Shown here piece after piece: positions 53,150 to 64,000 of a stretch of 64,000 bases of DNA. The notes beneath the pieces were generated by a model. The model did not search any database and was not told where the DNA came from. It worked only from the letters and a program-made list of their open reading frames with translations. A program made the translations under genes and the position numbers. Within the stretch, counting starts at the first letter, position 1. Each line of letters begins with the position of its first letter. The stretch is from Mobula hypostoma (Eukaryota), in the NCBI RefSeq assembly GCF_963921235.1, contig NC_086097.1:87360001-87424000 (forward strand), given 5' to 3'.

Positions 53150-54030
53150 GTATATCAAAGTAAATTTATTATTGAAGTACATGTGTGTCCTGAGATTCAC
53201 TTTCTTGCTGGCATATTCAATAAAACCAATAACCATAATAGAATCAATGAAGGACTGCACCAAACTGTGCATGTACAAAAGAAAGAATAATAAATAAACA
53301 CATAAACAATAAATATCGAGAACATGAGATGAACAGTCCTTGAAAGTGAGTCCATAGGTTGTGGGAATGTTTCAGTGATAGGGAAATGAAGTTGAGTGAA
53401 GTTATACCCCCTGGTTCTAGGGCCTGATGGTTGATGGATAATAACTATTCCTGAACCAGGTGGTGTGTGTCCTGAGGCTCTTGATAGCAGCAGTGAGAAG
53501 ACAGCATGACCTCGGTGGTGGGGGTCCCCAATGATAGACGCTGCTTTCCTGCCACAATGCTTCATGTAGATATGCTGTATGGTGGGGAGCTCTTTACTCA
53601 TGAAGGACTGGGCCGTATCTTCTATTTTTCGTCGGATTTTCCATTCAAGGGCATTGGTGTTTCCATACCAGGCTGTGATGCAGCCAGTCAATACATTCTC
53701 CACCACACATCTACAAAAGTTTTACAGAGTTTTTGATGCCATGCTGAGCTTTCACAAGTGTCTAAGGAAGCAGAGGCACTGCTGAGCCCAGCACAGCTCC
53801 TCTGAAATATTAACACCATCCTTGTTGACTCTGTCCACCTCTGATCCCCCGAAGAGGACTGGCTTATGGACGTCAGGTTTCATTCTCCTTAAGTCAATAA
53901 TCAGCTGCTTGGTCTTACTGATATTGAGTAGGAGGTTGTTGTTGTAGCACCACTCTGCCATATTTTCAATCTCCCTTCTATAAGCTGATTCATCATCACC
54001 ATTGATTTGCCCTATGACAGTGGTGACTAG
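53150..54030 (-). mobile_element. Rex1/Babar 3' fragment
   Basis: WCYNNNLLLNISKTKQLIID; VENVLTGCITAWYGN. Confidence 0.88.
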
Positions 54031-54160
54031 TTATGAGGAGAAGGAAGCAGAAATAATCATATGGCAGCATTGTACAGGAAGTGGCTAAAATATCCCAGCA
54101 ACACACATCAAAGTTGCTGGTGAACGCAGCAGGCCAGGCAGCATCTCTAGGAAAAGGTAC

Positions 54161-54196
54161 AATCGATGTTTCGGGCCGAGACCCTTCGTCAGGACT
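54161..54196 (-). ncRNA. Minimal hammerhead motif, stem III palindrome mutated (ACAU)
   Basis: AGUC CUGACGA A GGGU CUCG GCCC GAAA CA UC GAUU. Confidence 0.65.
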
Positions 54197-54257
54197 AACT
54201 GAAAGAAGAGCTAGTAAGAGATTTGAAATTGATCTCTTACTAGCTCTTCTTTCAGTT

Positions 54258-54293
54258 AGTCCTGACGAAGGGTCTCAGCCTGAAACGTCGACT
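54258..54293 (+). ncRNA. Minimal hammerhead motif
   Basis: AGUC CUGACGA AGGGUCUCAGCCU GAAA CG UC GACU. Confidence 0.78.
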
Positions 54294-55372
54294 GTACCTC
54301 TTCCTAGAGATGCTGCCTGGCCTGCTGCATTCACCAGCAACTTTGATGTGTGTTGCTTGAATTTCCAGCATCTGCGGAATTCCTTGTGTTTGCGTTTTTA
54401 AAATGTCCCAGGATTATCCATCAAAGTAAGTTTCTGTCTATTCATCAAATCAACTAACCACCTTAAACTTAGATCAATACTTAATTTCCCATCCTTTAGA
54501 AACTACAAGCTTATCCTATATAACCTTTCCTCACAAGCCACAAACTGTTATCCTCAGTGTGATTAGTTTTCAGCATGATTTTAGGAGGGAGGAAAAGAGG
54601 TGAGAGCAGGAATGTGAGAAATTGAAAAGCTACTATAGAATGCCCTGTGATAACAGAAGGATAAACATCAAAGATCCTCCATAAAGTAGGTGTGATAATT
54701 AACTGGAGAGTTGCATGAGGGTCATTTCAGAAAATAGGTTGGCAAGTCATAGTTAAGATAACTGTGGGTGTTCTGGACTTAATCATTTATAGCTAGTGCC
54801 AGAAAAGTTGAGGAAAGAAAAGGCAAAGTAAGTGACACCCAATAAAAAGGGAAGCTAGAAATTTGAAGTAAAAGTTGAGAGTAGGAAAGCAACTAAAGTA
54901 CTCATCAATGTACAAGAACAAGAGGTGAAACAGTGAACTGAATTAGACCATATTACCATAAAACATAGGAGCAGATAAAGCCCATTCAGCCCACTGAGTC
55001 AACTCCACCATACTATCATGCTAATTTATTTTCCCTTTAACCCCAATTTCCTGATTTCTCCTGTAACCTTTGACACCCATACTATTCAGGAAACTTGAAT
55101 GACTTTAAATGAGTCTCCTCTGGGTGGTCCAATTTCCTCCCACATTCCAAAAGACATACAGCTTTGTAGGTTAAGTGGTCACATAGATGAAATTGGGTGG
55201 TTCAGGCTCATTGGGATGAAAGAGTTTGGAACAAAAAATGCTTACTTGTGTCTCATGTAGGCTTAGGCTCCCAGAAACTACTCAGTGAAATGGGATGTCT
55301 TATGTCAATCTCAGTGGGAAGGTGGGCATTGGTTTAATAATCTGCTTCAGTGCAGATTCAAGAGAAGACCTC

Positions 55373-55960
55373 ATGGGCAACACAGTGGCATAACTAGTAG
55401 AGGTACTGCCTCACAACTCCAGAAACTGAAGTTCAATCTTGACCTCAGCACTGTTTGTGTGGAGTTTGCATGTTTTTTGTGTGACTGCATAGGTTTCTTC
55501 TTGGTGCTGTGTTTTCCTCCCACATCCCAAAGATGTGCAGGTTGGTACACTAAATCATGACCATGATTGTTCCTGGCAAATTTTTCTACCAAAGTGGTTT
55601 ACAATTGCCTTATTCTGGCCAGTGTCTTAACAAGACGGATGACTCCAGCCATTATCAATACACTTCAGAGATTGACTGCCTGATGTCAGTTGTTGCATAA
55701 CCAGGACTTGTGATATGCTCCAGCTGCTCATATGACCATCCACCACCTGCTCCCATGGCTTCATGCGACTCTGACTGGGAGGCAAAGCAGGTGCTACAAC
55801 TTGCCCAAGGAAGCCCTGCAGGCTAATGGAGGGAAGGAGCACCTTTCACTTCCTTTGGAAGAAATGTATCTCCACCCTGCCACCTAGATTAATTAGCCAT
55901 TGTAAGTTGACTCTGGTGTGTAGGCGAATGAGTTTAATAGTATGTGGAGAGAATAAAAAT
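55373..55960 (+). mobile_element. V-SINE interrupted by an RTE-related element
   Basis: tRNA-like head; V domain tgtgtggagtttgcatgtt...cctcccacatcccaaaga; resumes at 55886. Confidence 0.75.
55556..55884 (-). mobile_element. RTE-related non-autonomous element, family copy 3
   Basis: Reverse complement is colinear with 11069-11400. Confidence 0.75.
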
Positions 55961-55974
55961 TTAGTTTAATATAG

Positions 55975-56625
55975 AGTCGTAGAGTACTACAATACAGAAA
56001 CAGACCCTTCAACCATTTAGTATGTGCCAACTTCATCTTCTGCACCTAGTCTCATCTGTCAACACCCAGACCATTTCCCTCTAAACACCTCCATCCACAT
56101 ACCTTCCCAAACTTCTCCTAAATGTTACAATTGAAACTACACCTACCACTTCACCTGGCACCTCATTACACACACACATTGCCCTCTGAGTGAGGAAGTT
56201 TCCCTACAGATTCTCTTTAAAGTTTTCACCTCTCACTTTGAACTTATGACCTCTAGTTCTAGTTTCATCCAACCACAGGGGAAAACCCTGCATCTATTTA
56301 CCCTACTATTCCCTTCTGTAAGATATCATCTCATTCTCCTGGGCTCCAGAATATAAGGTCCTAACCTATTCAACTTGTCTCTATAACTCAGGTCTTCAAG
56401 TCCTGGCAGCATTCTTGGGAATTTTTCTCTGCACTCTTTCAATCTTGTTGATATCTTTCCTGTAGGTAGATGACCAGAACTGAACACAGTACTCCAAATT
56501 CAGCCTCTCCAACATCTTGTATCACTTCAACATAACACCCTTACCACGGTACTCAATGCCCTGATTTATGAAGACCAAAAGCTCTCTTTAAAACCCTATT
56601 TACCACTTTCAAGGAATTATGTGTT
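55975..56625 (-). mobile_element. Decayed CR1 3' fragment
   Basis: CR1-like C-terminal coding remnants (EYCVQFWS) and 3'UTR. Confidence 0.75.
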
Positions 56626-57304
56626 CTGAGAATTACCAAAGATCATCATAGCTTTATGTAAATATGTGATTGATGATCAGTGTAGACATGATGGGCTGTA
56701 AAAACTATTTCTGTTCTGTTTCTCTGAATTATGTTGACGTCCAAAGGAGATACTTTGAACTTTGCTTGCAATAAAGCTATCTATTCAATGGGATCTATAT
56801 TACTACAACCACCATAATATTATGATCCCCAATACTAAATACGCTTTAAATTTACTTAGTTAATTGTGACTCGCCTGAGATAAGACCCTCAACCTCACCA
56901 TCAGCAGGTTCAAGAACATTTACTGCTCCTCAGCCATCAGGGTTTTGAACAAAAGTTACTTGCCCATCCATTGAGATGTTCCCAGAACCAATGAACTCAT
57001 TTTAAGGACTCGTTATCTTGTTATCTCATGGCTTCTGTTATTTATTGTTATTTATTTATATCTGCATTTGCACAATTTTTTGTCTTCTGCACACAAGTTG
57101 ATCTTTCATTGATCCTGTTATAGTTACTACTCTATAGATTTGTTGTGTATGCCTGCAGGAAAACACATCTTAGGGTTGTCTATGGTGACCTATATGTACT
57201 TTGATTATAAAACTTACTTTGAATTTAAAAGGAAATTTCACAAACCTGTATAATTACTTTCCTACAAACGTGTTGATGTATTAGTACAGGTCACTGCACT
57301 AACA

Positions 57305-57905
57305 CATAGTGTTTGCACTGCTGGAGATGCCATATTTTAGGTGAAATGTTAAAGAGAAGCTCTGTTGGACTTCTCATGAAAATGAGGGGTCTTGCTGTAT
57401 TATTAGCATTTTTCCGGTGTCCTGGTTGATATTTATCCCTTCATCTGCTCATGCTGACAATAGGATATATTGTTTTACTGAAACTTCCAAGTGGACAAAA
57501 CAAATGCTAATATTTATCTACTCGGAGGTATTTCTGGCCTATGATCACTCAAAATGGAGAAGAAGTATTCAGATAGTGTAAGTCACTTTGGAAGTAAGGG
57601 GAGGCCAAGAAAAGCTTCACAGAACCTCCCAGCCAAAGTGTCCGTCAAGCTCATCAACAGCATTTTCTCCACAGGTGGTAGAGTTGAGAGCTCCCACATT
57701 GGCCTCATCAGCCACTTCTAAACCCACAGAACAGGAACAGAACCAACTTACCCTTTATCTCGAGAGATTAGTTCAGAGGAAAGAAAACTGGAGCTAGGGG
57801 TTACATTAACAAAAGATGTAACTACTCTAAAAAAAAATCTGATTGGCTGTGAGGTATTTTTGGGATGTACTGAGGTTGTGAAAAGGTGCTACAAACAGCT
57901 TCTTC
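57305..57905 (+). mobile_element. Ancient Deu-domain SINE pieces (57305-57450 and 57830-57905)
   Basis: cactgctggagatgcc...ccggtgtcctggttgatatttatccct; tail ttggctgtgagg..ttgggatgtactgaggttgtgaaaaggtgcta. Confidence 0.6.
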
Positions 57906-58198
57906 AGCTTTTGCATTTCTGAAGGATTTAAAAGCTAAATATTCCAAAAGCAATGCAAAGAGGACAGAAAGTTGGCATTACTGGTCTCACTCATTTGTTT
58001 TGCTCTCAGTAATTGACTATTCAACTCGCAAATCATCGAGCTGGGAGTCATGGAAAGACTGCTTCATCGGGCAGGTTAAGTGCAGCATTAAGACAACGTC
58101 TTCAAAAAGCTGAAGGTTTAAATCAGGCATCTATCTGGCGAAGAACCTATAAGAATCAAGTAACAGATCTGAAAAGGATAATGGAAATAAATGTACAG

Positions 58199-58843
58199 CG
58201 AAACCCGACGCAGACTGGGAGATCATTTTGCTGAACACCTACGCTCTGTCCGCCAGAGAAAGCAGGATCCCCCAGTGGCTACACATTTTAATTCCACATC
58301 CCATTCCCATTCTGATATGTCTATCCACGGCCTCCTCTACTGTAAAGATGAAGCCACACTCAGGTTGGAGGAACAACACCTTATATTCCATCTGGGTAGC
58401 CTCCAACCTGATGGCATAAACATTGACTTCTCAAACTTCCGCTAATGCCACACCTCCCCCTCGTATCCCATCCATTATTTATTTATATACACACATTATT
58501 TTTCTCTCTCCCCTTTTTCGCCCTCTGTTCCTCTCACTACACCGCTTGCCCATCCTCTGGGCTTTTCCCCCCTCCCCCTTTTCTTTCTCCCTAGACCTCC
58601 TGTCCCATGATCCTCTCGTATCCCTTTTGCCGATCAACTGTCCAGCTCTTGGCTCCATCCCTCCCCCTCCTGTCTTGTCCTATCATTTTGGATCTCCCCC
58701 TCCCCCTCCCACTTTCAAACCTCTTTCTAGCTCTTCTTTCAGTTAGTCCTGACGAAAGGAGACCCGAAACATCGACTGTACCTCTTCCTAGAGATGCTGC
58801 CTGGCCTGCTGCGTTCACCAGCAACTTTTATGTGTGTTGCTTG
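58199..58843 (+). mobile_element. 5'-truncated Penelope-like element: GIY-YIG end plus pLTR with variant hammerhead (58745-58777)
   Basis: ETRRRLGDHFAEHLRSV...DFSNFR*; AGUC CUGACGA AAGGAGACCC GAAA CA UC GACU. Confidence 0.92.
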
Positions 58844-59144
58844 CAGTGGGGTATGTTGGGTTGAGAGTAAAACCTAATAATGTTGGATGAGAAAAGGAGA
58901 TCTGTTTGGTTGGACCAGAATACATTTGGGTAACGTCTAGGTGAGCTTCAACCGGTTCCTTGTGTATTTTGAAGAATTAGTTTTGAGAAACTCAACTTGC
59001 TGATTTGAAAAATTTGATGCTCTCTCTCCCCCATATCACTGCACATAATGAATTCTCAATTCTTCTCATCACAGTAAAGTTATTTTGTGCATGATAGGTG
59101 CATAATTCAGTCATGGCAAATGGTAAGAATTTTCAGGGAATTTA

Positions 59145-60475
59145 GAAGAAGAACATCTGGATTAGATAGTTTTCTCTTGAGTGGCGAAAACTCAGGGGAG
59201 ACATGGTGGAAGTTAATAATATTATGAGAGGCATAGATAGAGGTGACAAATAGTTTCTTTTTCAAAATGTCTAAATCTAGAGGGCAAGCAGTTAAGGTGA
59301 GAGGGGTGTACAAGTTAACATTTTTTACACAGAGAGTGGTTGATGCGAGGAAAACACTGCCAGGGACAGTGGTGCCAGGAAAGGTAGAATTATGTGCAGG
59401 CAAATGGGACTAGTTACTTTTGACATCATGGTTGACATGGACATTATGGTACAAATGTTCAACAGTTATTTTTCTAGGGATGATATTGATCAGAATTTAA
59501 TAGAACATTTACAAATTCTCATTTTCACTTTAATGTCTTTGATTTCCTTCGATCATCCCTTCTGTCAACAAAGTTCTTTTCCTCATAACTATTTGATTTT
59601 CTTCAAAACTTTTCCTTAATCATTTAACATGTACTAATAGGTCTTTAAAATACATGGGGTAAATTTCAGTTTTGGCAATTAATGAAATGGATTTAAAAGA
59701 TATTCAGTTTTAGTTTGAGTCAATTATTGATTTCAGTTCATGCTCAGAATTTTACTTGGTCTTTTCTATGTGACAGGTCGGATGAATCACAATTAAAAAG
59801 TAGTTTCTTTGAAAACAGGATTAGTGAAAGTTTAGAGAAAACATGTTCTGGTAATGGTAAAAGAAAAATATGGCAGGATTGAGGAACTCTGAATGATAAG
59901 GACCATTGAAAGACTGTTCAGAGGAAAATGGAAACATAGGCAACCACATTCAATCATGTCCCTTGATGAATATAAAGGGTGGAGGAGAGTACTTAAGAAA
60001 GAAAGAAGGCAAAAAGAGGCCACAATATAACCTTGGGAGGTAAGATTAAGGAGAACTTTAAGTCATTCTAGAACAAGGGTTGCCAATCTTTTTAATGCCT
60101 TGAGCCAATACCATTAAGCATTCTAGAACCCCAGGTAGAGAACCTCTGTTCTACAAGTATATCAGCAAGTGATTAGCTTATAAAGAGTGGGTCCTCTGAG
60201 GGAATAAAGGTGTGACATATGTGTGGAACCAGCGGATGTTGGTGAGGTTCCAAATGAACACTTACTGTCTGCATCTACCTAGGAGTTGGACATGAAGCAT
60301 AATGAGTTTAGGAAGGGATACTTTGAAAGTGTGGAGCACGTCAACACTCAGAATGAATTAATGTTGGTACTTTGGAATGTATGAGGATGGATAAGTCTCC
60401 AGGACTGAATGAGATGTATCCCAAAATGCTGTGGCAAATGTGGGAAGAGATTTATAGATACAAAAAGGAAGAGAT
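59145..60475 (+). mobile_element. Decayed CR1 fragments (59145-59450 3' end; 59850-60475 internal)
   Basis: FFTQRVV-type end; MDKSPGLNEMYPKMLW. Confidence 0.7.
60074..60148. mobile_element. ~75-bp hAT MITE, same family as 35890-35968 in opposite orientation
   Basis: TSD ttcta(g/c)aa at 60066-60073 and 60149-60156. Confidence 0.7.
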
Positions 60476-61055
60476 TTATAGTCAAGATTGTTTAATGTCA
60501 TTTCTAGTACACAAGTATAGAGGAGAACAAAATTATTGTTACTCTGGATCCCCTGCAGCACAAAAAAAAACACAATATGATAAAAAAAAATCAATAAAAA
60601 TAAATACAGTGCCTATGAAAAGTATTCAACCCCTTGGAAATTTTCATGTTTTATTGTTTTACAACATTGAGTCACACTGGATTTAATTTGGCTTTTTTCA
60701 CACTGATCAACAGGAAAATACTTTTGTGCCAAGATGAAAACAGATCTCCACAAAGCGATCTAAGTTAATTACAAATATAAATCACAAAATAATTGATTGT
60801 GTAAGTATTCACAACCCATTGATATGACACACCAAATCATCACTGGCGCAGCCATTTGGTTTTAGAAGTCACATAATTAGTTAAATGGTGGTCTGTTTCT
60901 GGAGACCTGTATGCAGTAAAGGCATTTCAATTGATTGTAGGAAAAATACATCTGTATCTGGAAGGTCCAGCTGCTGGTGAGTCAGTATCCTGGCAGAAAT
61001 TACACCATGGAGATAAAAGAACACTTCAAACAACTCCACAAAAGGTTATTGAATA

Positions 61056-61537
61056 TTGTTCTTGTTGTTGTTGTTCATCCTTCGCAGTCGAAGATGACCA
61101 TGGCTTCAAAGTCAGTTGGGTTTGAAGTCATGACTTGCGCTTGACTTGGATTAAAGTGAGGGAGAGTTGCGCAGGTCATCAGCCTCACTCTCTCATCCTG
61201 GCCTATCTGGACCCAGTGGCAAGACATAGTCGAGACGGCTGGAGATTGGTCAGGATGCAGTGGATGGCCAGCAGTGTTCTATGTGTCTCAATGTGCCCTC
61301 TTAGCGCTCCACAACGCATTGCTGAAAATCGCCTTTCTGTCCGTTGAACCAGTGATGGTTTCTTCCGCGCAGTCCGCCGAATCCAGGCTTCAAACGCTAG
61401 GTAGACAAGCCCTGAGTGTTGTGGGTCTACGGCAGTTCCTGCAGCGTGCTCGCAAGCCTCCCTACCCATTGTTGGGCATCCTCATCCGCCTTTGCAGCCG
61501 TTGGGAGATGTCTCCTCTTCTGCCTGTTCCGCCGTTG
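61056..61537 (-). mobile_element. RTE (BovB-like) derived SINE-like element with (CAA)n tail
   Basis: Tail ttgttgttcatccttcgcagtcgaagatgacc; body 'agcctcactctctc...ccagtggcaagaca' recalls RTE-mobilised SINEs; interrupts the Tc1 ORF. Confidence 0.7.
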
Positions 61538-62160
61538 GGAGATGGATACAAGAAAATTTCCAGGTCACTGAATATCCCTTGAAATACAGTTAAGTCAATC
61601 ATCAAGAAATAGAAAGATTATGGCAGAGCTGTAAATCTACCCAGAGCTTATTGACTGTGCAAGAAGGGGGCTAAGGAGGGAAGCCACCAAGAGACTCATG
61701 ACAACTCTGGAGGAGTTACAAGCTTCAGTGGCTGAGATGAGAGAGACTACGCATACAACAACTGTTAACCGGGTGTCACAATGGTGGAGCATTGGGAGCA
61801 AGGGTGGACCCAAATGCAAGACACATCTCTTGAAGTTAATTAAATCCAGTTTATTGTTTGATACCAGGAGAGCAAGGCAGGAGCAGGAATAGCAAACAGG
61901 ACAAGGACTCAGGACTACGACTAGGCTGGGACCAAGGGTCTGGGCTTGGACTCGGAACAGGATCCCAGAACTAGAGGCGACATGAAGAGGCTATCGTATG
62001 GACTCCGAGCCAGGGACTGGGCAAGGACCCAGTACCTGGGTCTTGCCTTGGGCTCAGACCCCAGAACCAGGCATGGACATGACATGGGCTAGAGAGAGGG
62101 GGAACATGGAAAAACAGAGCCTCGGTCTCGGGAGAGCAGGTACATGGAACCATGAACACA

Positions 62161-62277
62161 TACACAGAACACAAAGTTGGGACCCCTCCTTGGGTACAGG
62201 ACATAGGGCCGGGACTCACACACAGAACAGAGAGCCGGGACCCCTCCTTGGGTACAGGACATAGGGCCAGGACTCAT
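62161..62277. repeat. 58-bp tandem duplication inside the LTR
   Basis: gacccctccttgggtacaggacatagggcc at 62181 and 62239. Confidence 0.9.
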
Positions 62278-62485
62278 GACCCCCCGCAGGGCAACGGCAA
62301 GATGGCCTGACTCACCCCACGGAGGCAAGGACAAGACAAGACCAACACAAAAGAACACCAGACAGTACTTATCTAGCTCCGGCGATAGAACTAGACCGAA
62401 GTGCAGGCAAGGGCTGCAGACGAGGGCTAGAGGCGAGAGGGGCAGAGAAGGGATTCAGACAGTGGGGTAGGACAGGAATCACAGA

Positions 62486-62720
62486 CCGCCAGGGCCAGGA
62501 CTTGACTCGTAACTTGGAAGCCGCCAGGGCAAGGATTTGACTCGTAACTTGGAAGCCGCCAGGGTCAGGACTTGACTCGGAACTTGGATGCCGCCAGGAC
62601 CGGGACTTGACTCAGAACTTGGATGCCACCAGGGCCGGGACTTGACTCAGTACTTGGATGCCGCCAGGGCCGGGACTTGACTTGGTGCTTGGATGCCACC
62701 AGGACCAGGACTTGACTTGG
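62486..62720. repeat. 35-bp minisatellite, about 6.7 copies, inside the LTR
   Basis: Units CCGCCAGGGCCRGGACTTGACTCRKAACTTGGAWG start at 62486, 62521, 62556, 62591, 62626, 62661 and 62696. Confidence 0.95.
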
Positions 62721-63668
62721 AGCCTCCGGGTGGTGGCGAGCTCTTGACTCGTCCCGGGAACAGTAGACAGTGGTTCTTGATTCCCTCCGGCAGATTATCT
62801 GATGGACCCACCTTGGTGAGGAAACTCTGCAGGCTCGCTTTGGCGAGGTAACTTGACAGGGTTGCTCCGGTGAGGAAAGGTGTATTACTGGCACTCGCTT
62901 CGGGCGGAGACAAGGCTTGTTTCGGCCAGATGACATTGGCACGCCTACCTTTGGTGACTTTGCAGACACTCTCCCACCGAACGGCTGAAAGCTGGAGACT
63001 ATAAACTACCGGTTCAGTCGAGAGTAAGTTGCCTCCAATCACCAAAGCCGAGGGACACAGGAAAACAGGAAGTCAACGGTCCGGATCGTAACATAAACAA
63101 AGTAAATTTAAAGGGATCCCGATCCAGACCATGACACTGGGTGCTTCATCAGTCGCAGCTTTGTGGGAGAGTAGCAAAGAGAAAGCCACTGTTGAAAAAA
63201 ACTCACATGGATTCTTAGCTAGAGTTTGCCAGAAGGCATGTGGGAGATTCTGAAGTCATTTGGAAGTCGGTTTTATGGTCTCATTAAACCAAAATTGGGC
63301 TTTTTTGCCACCAGACCCTATGATGAAGCATTGTAGTGGCTGTATCATGCTGTGGGGATGCTTCACTGCAGCAGGTCCTGGAAGGCTTGTGAAGGTAGAG
63401 GCTAAAATGAATGCAGCACAATACAGGGAAATCCTGGAGGAAAACATGATGCAGTCTGCAAGAGAACTGCAGCTTGGGAGAAGATTTGTTTTCCAGCAAG
63501 ACAATGACCCCAAGCATAAAGACAAAGCTACACGGGAATGACTTAAAAACAATAAAGTTAATGCCCAGGAGTGGCCAAGTTAGAGTCCAGACCTCAATCC
63601 AATTGAGAATTTGTGGCTGGACTTGAAAAGGGCAGTTCACTCACGATTTGCATGCAATCTGACAGAGC

Positions 63669-63824
63669 ACGTGGCCAAGTGGTTAAGGCGTTCGTCTGGT
63701 GATCTGAAGGTCGCTAGTTCAAGCCTCAGCTGTGGCAGCGTGTTTAGGTCCTTGAGCAAAGCACTTAACCTCTAGTGTCTGTGTGAGGAGTGGTCTGAGT
63801 CGCCATTCCTTCCCTCCCCTGCCG
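63669..63824 (+). mobile_element. tRNA/CORE-like SINE with the same head as 6381 but a different 3' part
   Basis: A-box TGGCCAAGTGG, B-box-like AGTTCAAGCC, gtccttgagcaaagcacttaacc; flanked by GAGC on both sides. Confidence 0.8.
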
Positions 63825-64000
63825 GAGCTTGAGCAGTTTTGTAAAGAAGAGTGGGGAAAATTGCATTGTGCAAAGCTGATAGAGACCTATCCACACAGAC
63901 GCAAGGCTGTAAATGCTGTCAAAGGTGCATCTACTAAATGCTGACTTGAAGGGGGTGAATACCTATGCAATCAATTACTTTGCATTTTGTATATGTAATT

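Larger units (their letters stand above)
54099..54398. mobile_element. Penelope pLTR fold-back insertion, 126-bp arms, 13-bp TSD with 1 mismatch
   Basis: Arms 54097-54222 and 54232-54357; TSD taaaat(a/g)tcccag at 54086-54098 and 54399-54411. Confidence 0.92.
61774..63136 (-). mobile_element. Solo LTR (Gypsy-like), 1363 bp, 5-bp TSD
   Basis: TGTCAC...ATGACA ends; TSD c(c/t)ggg at 61769-61773 and 63137-63141; CCAAT and TATA-like motifs near 63000-63040; minus-strand AATAAA near 61850. Confidence 0.85.
60607..64000 (+). mobile_element. Second Tc1-family transposon, decayed, with three nested insertions; right IR runs off the window
   Basis: TA|CAGTGCCTATGAAAAGTATTC; ATG at 61007; GDGYKKISRSLNIP, TTLEELQAS, IMLWGCF, FQQDNDPKH, SPDLNPIENLW. 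Confidence 0.92.

Noticed and set aside
62486..62720. CRISPR-like array of ~35-bp repeats
   Set aside because: Units are head-to-tail with no unique spacers, lie in a eukaryotic LTR and have no cas genes nearby; it is a minisatellite.
63669..63735. tRNA gene
   Set aside because: A and B boxes are present, but no convincing cloverleaf forms and it continues into a SINE CORE block.

Overview
Repeat-dense vertebrate DNA, intergenic or intronic. The repeat mix (CR1 dominance, V-SINEs, Deu-SINEs, Rex1/Babar, RTE, Penelope) suggests a cartilaginous fish, possibly a ray; this is an inference. No host protein-coding gene could be supported, and every recognisable ORF is transposon-derived. Contents: a decayed Gypsy pol with its 3' LTR, several CR1 and Rex1/Babar LINEs, an old RTE plus RTE-derived non-autonomous elements, and seven Penelope-like insertions carrying minimal hammerhead ribozyme motifs, three of them TSD-flanked inverted-repeat hairpins. 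Also present: a Sleeping Beauty-family Tc1 element built from two right-hand ends, a TSD-flanked L1 that has ORF1 but no ORF2 (HAL1-like), a Harbinger derivative, tiny hAT MITEs, and a second Tc1 with three nested insertions. All family names come from motif recognition by eye, not database searches.
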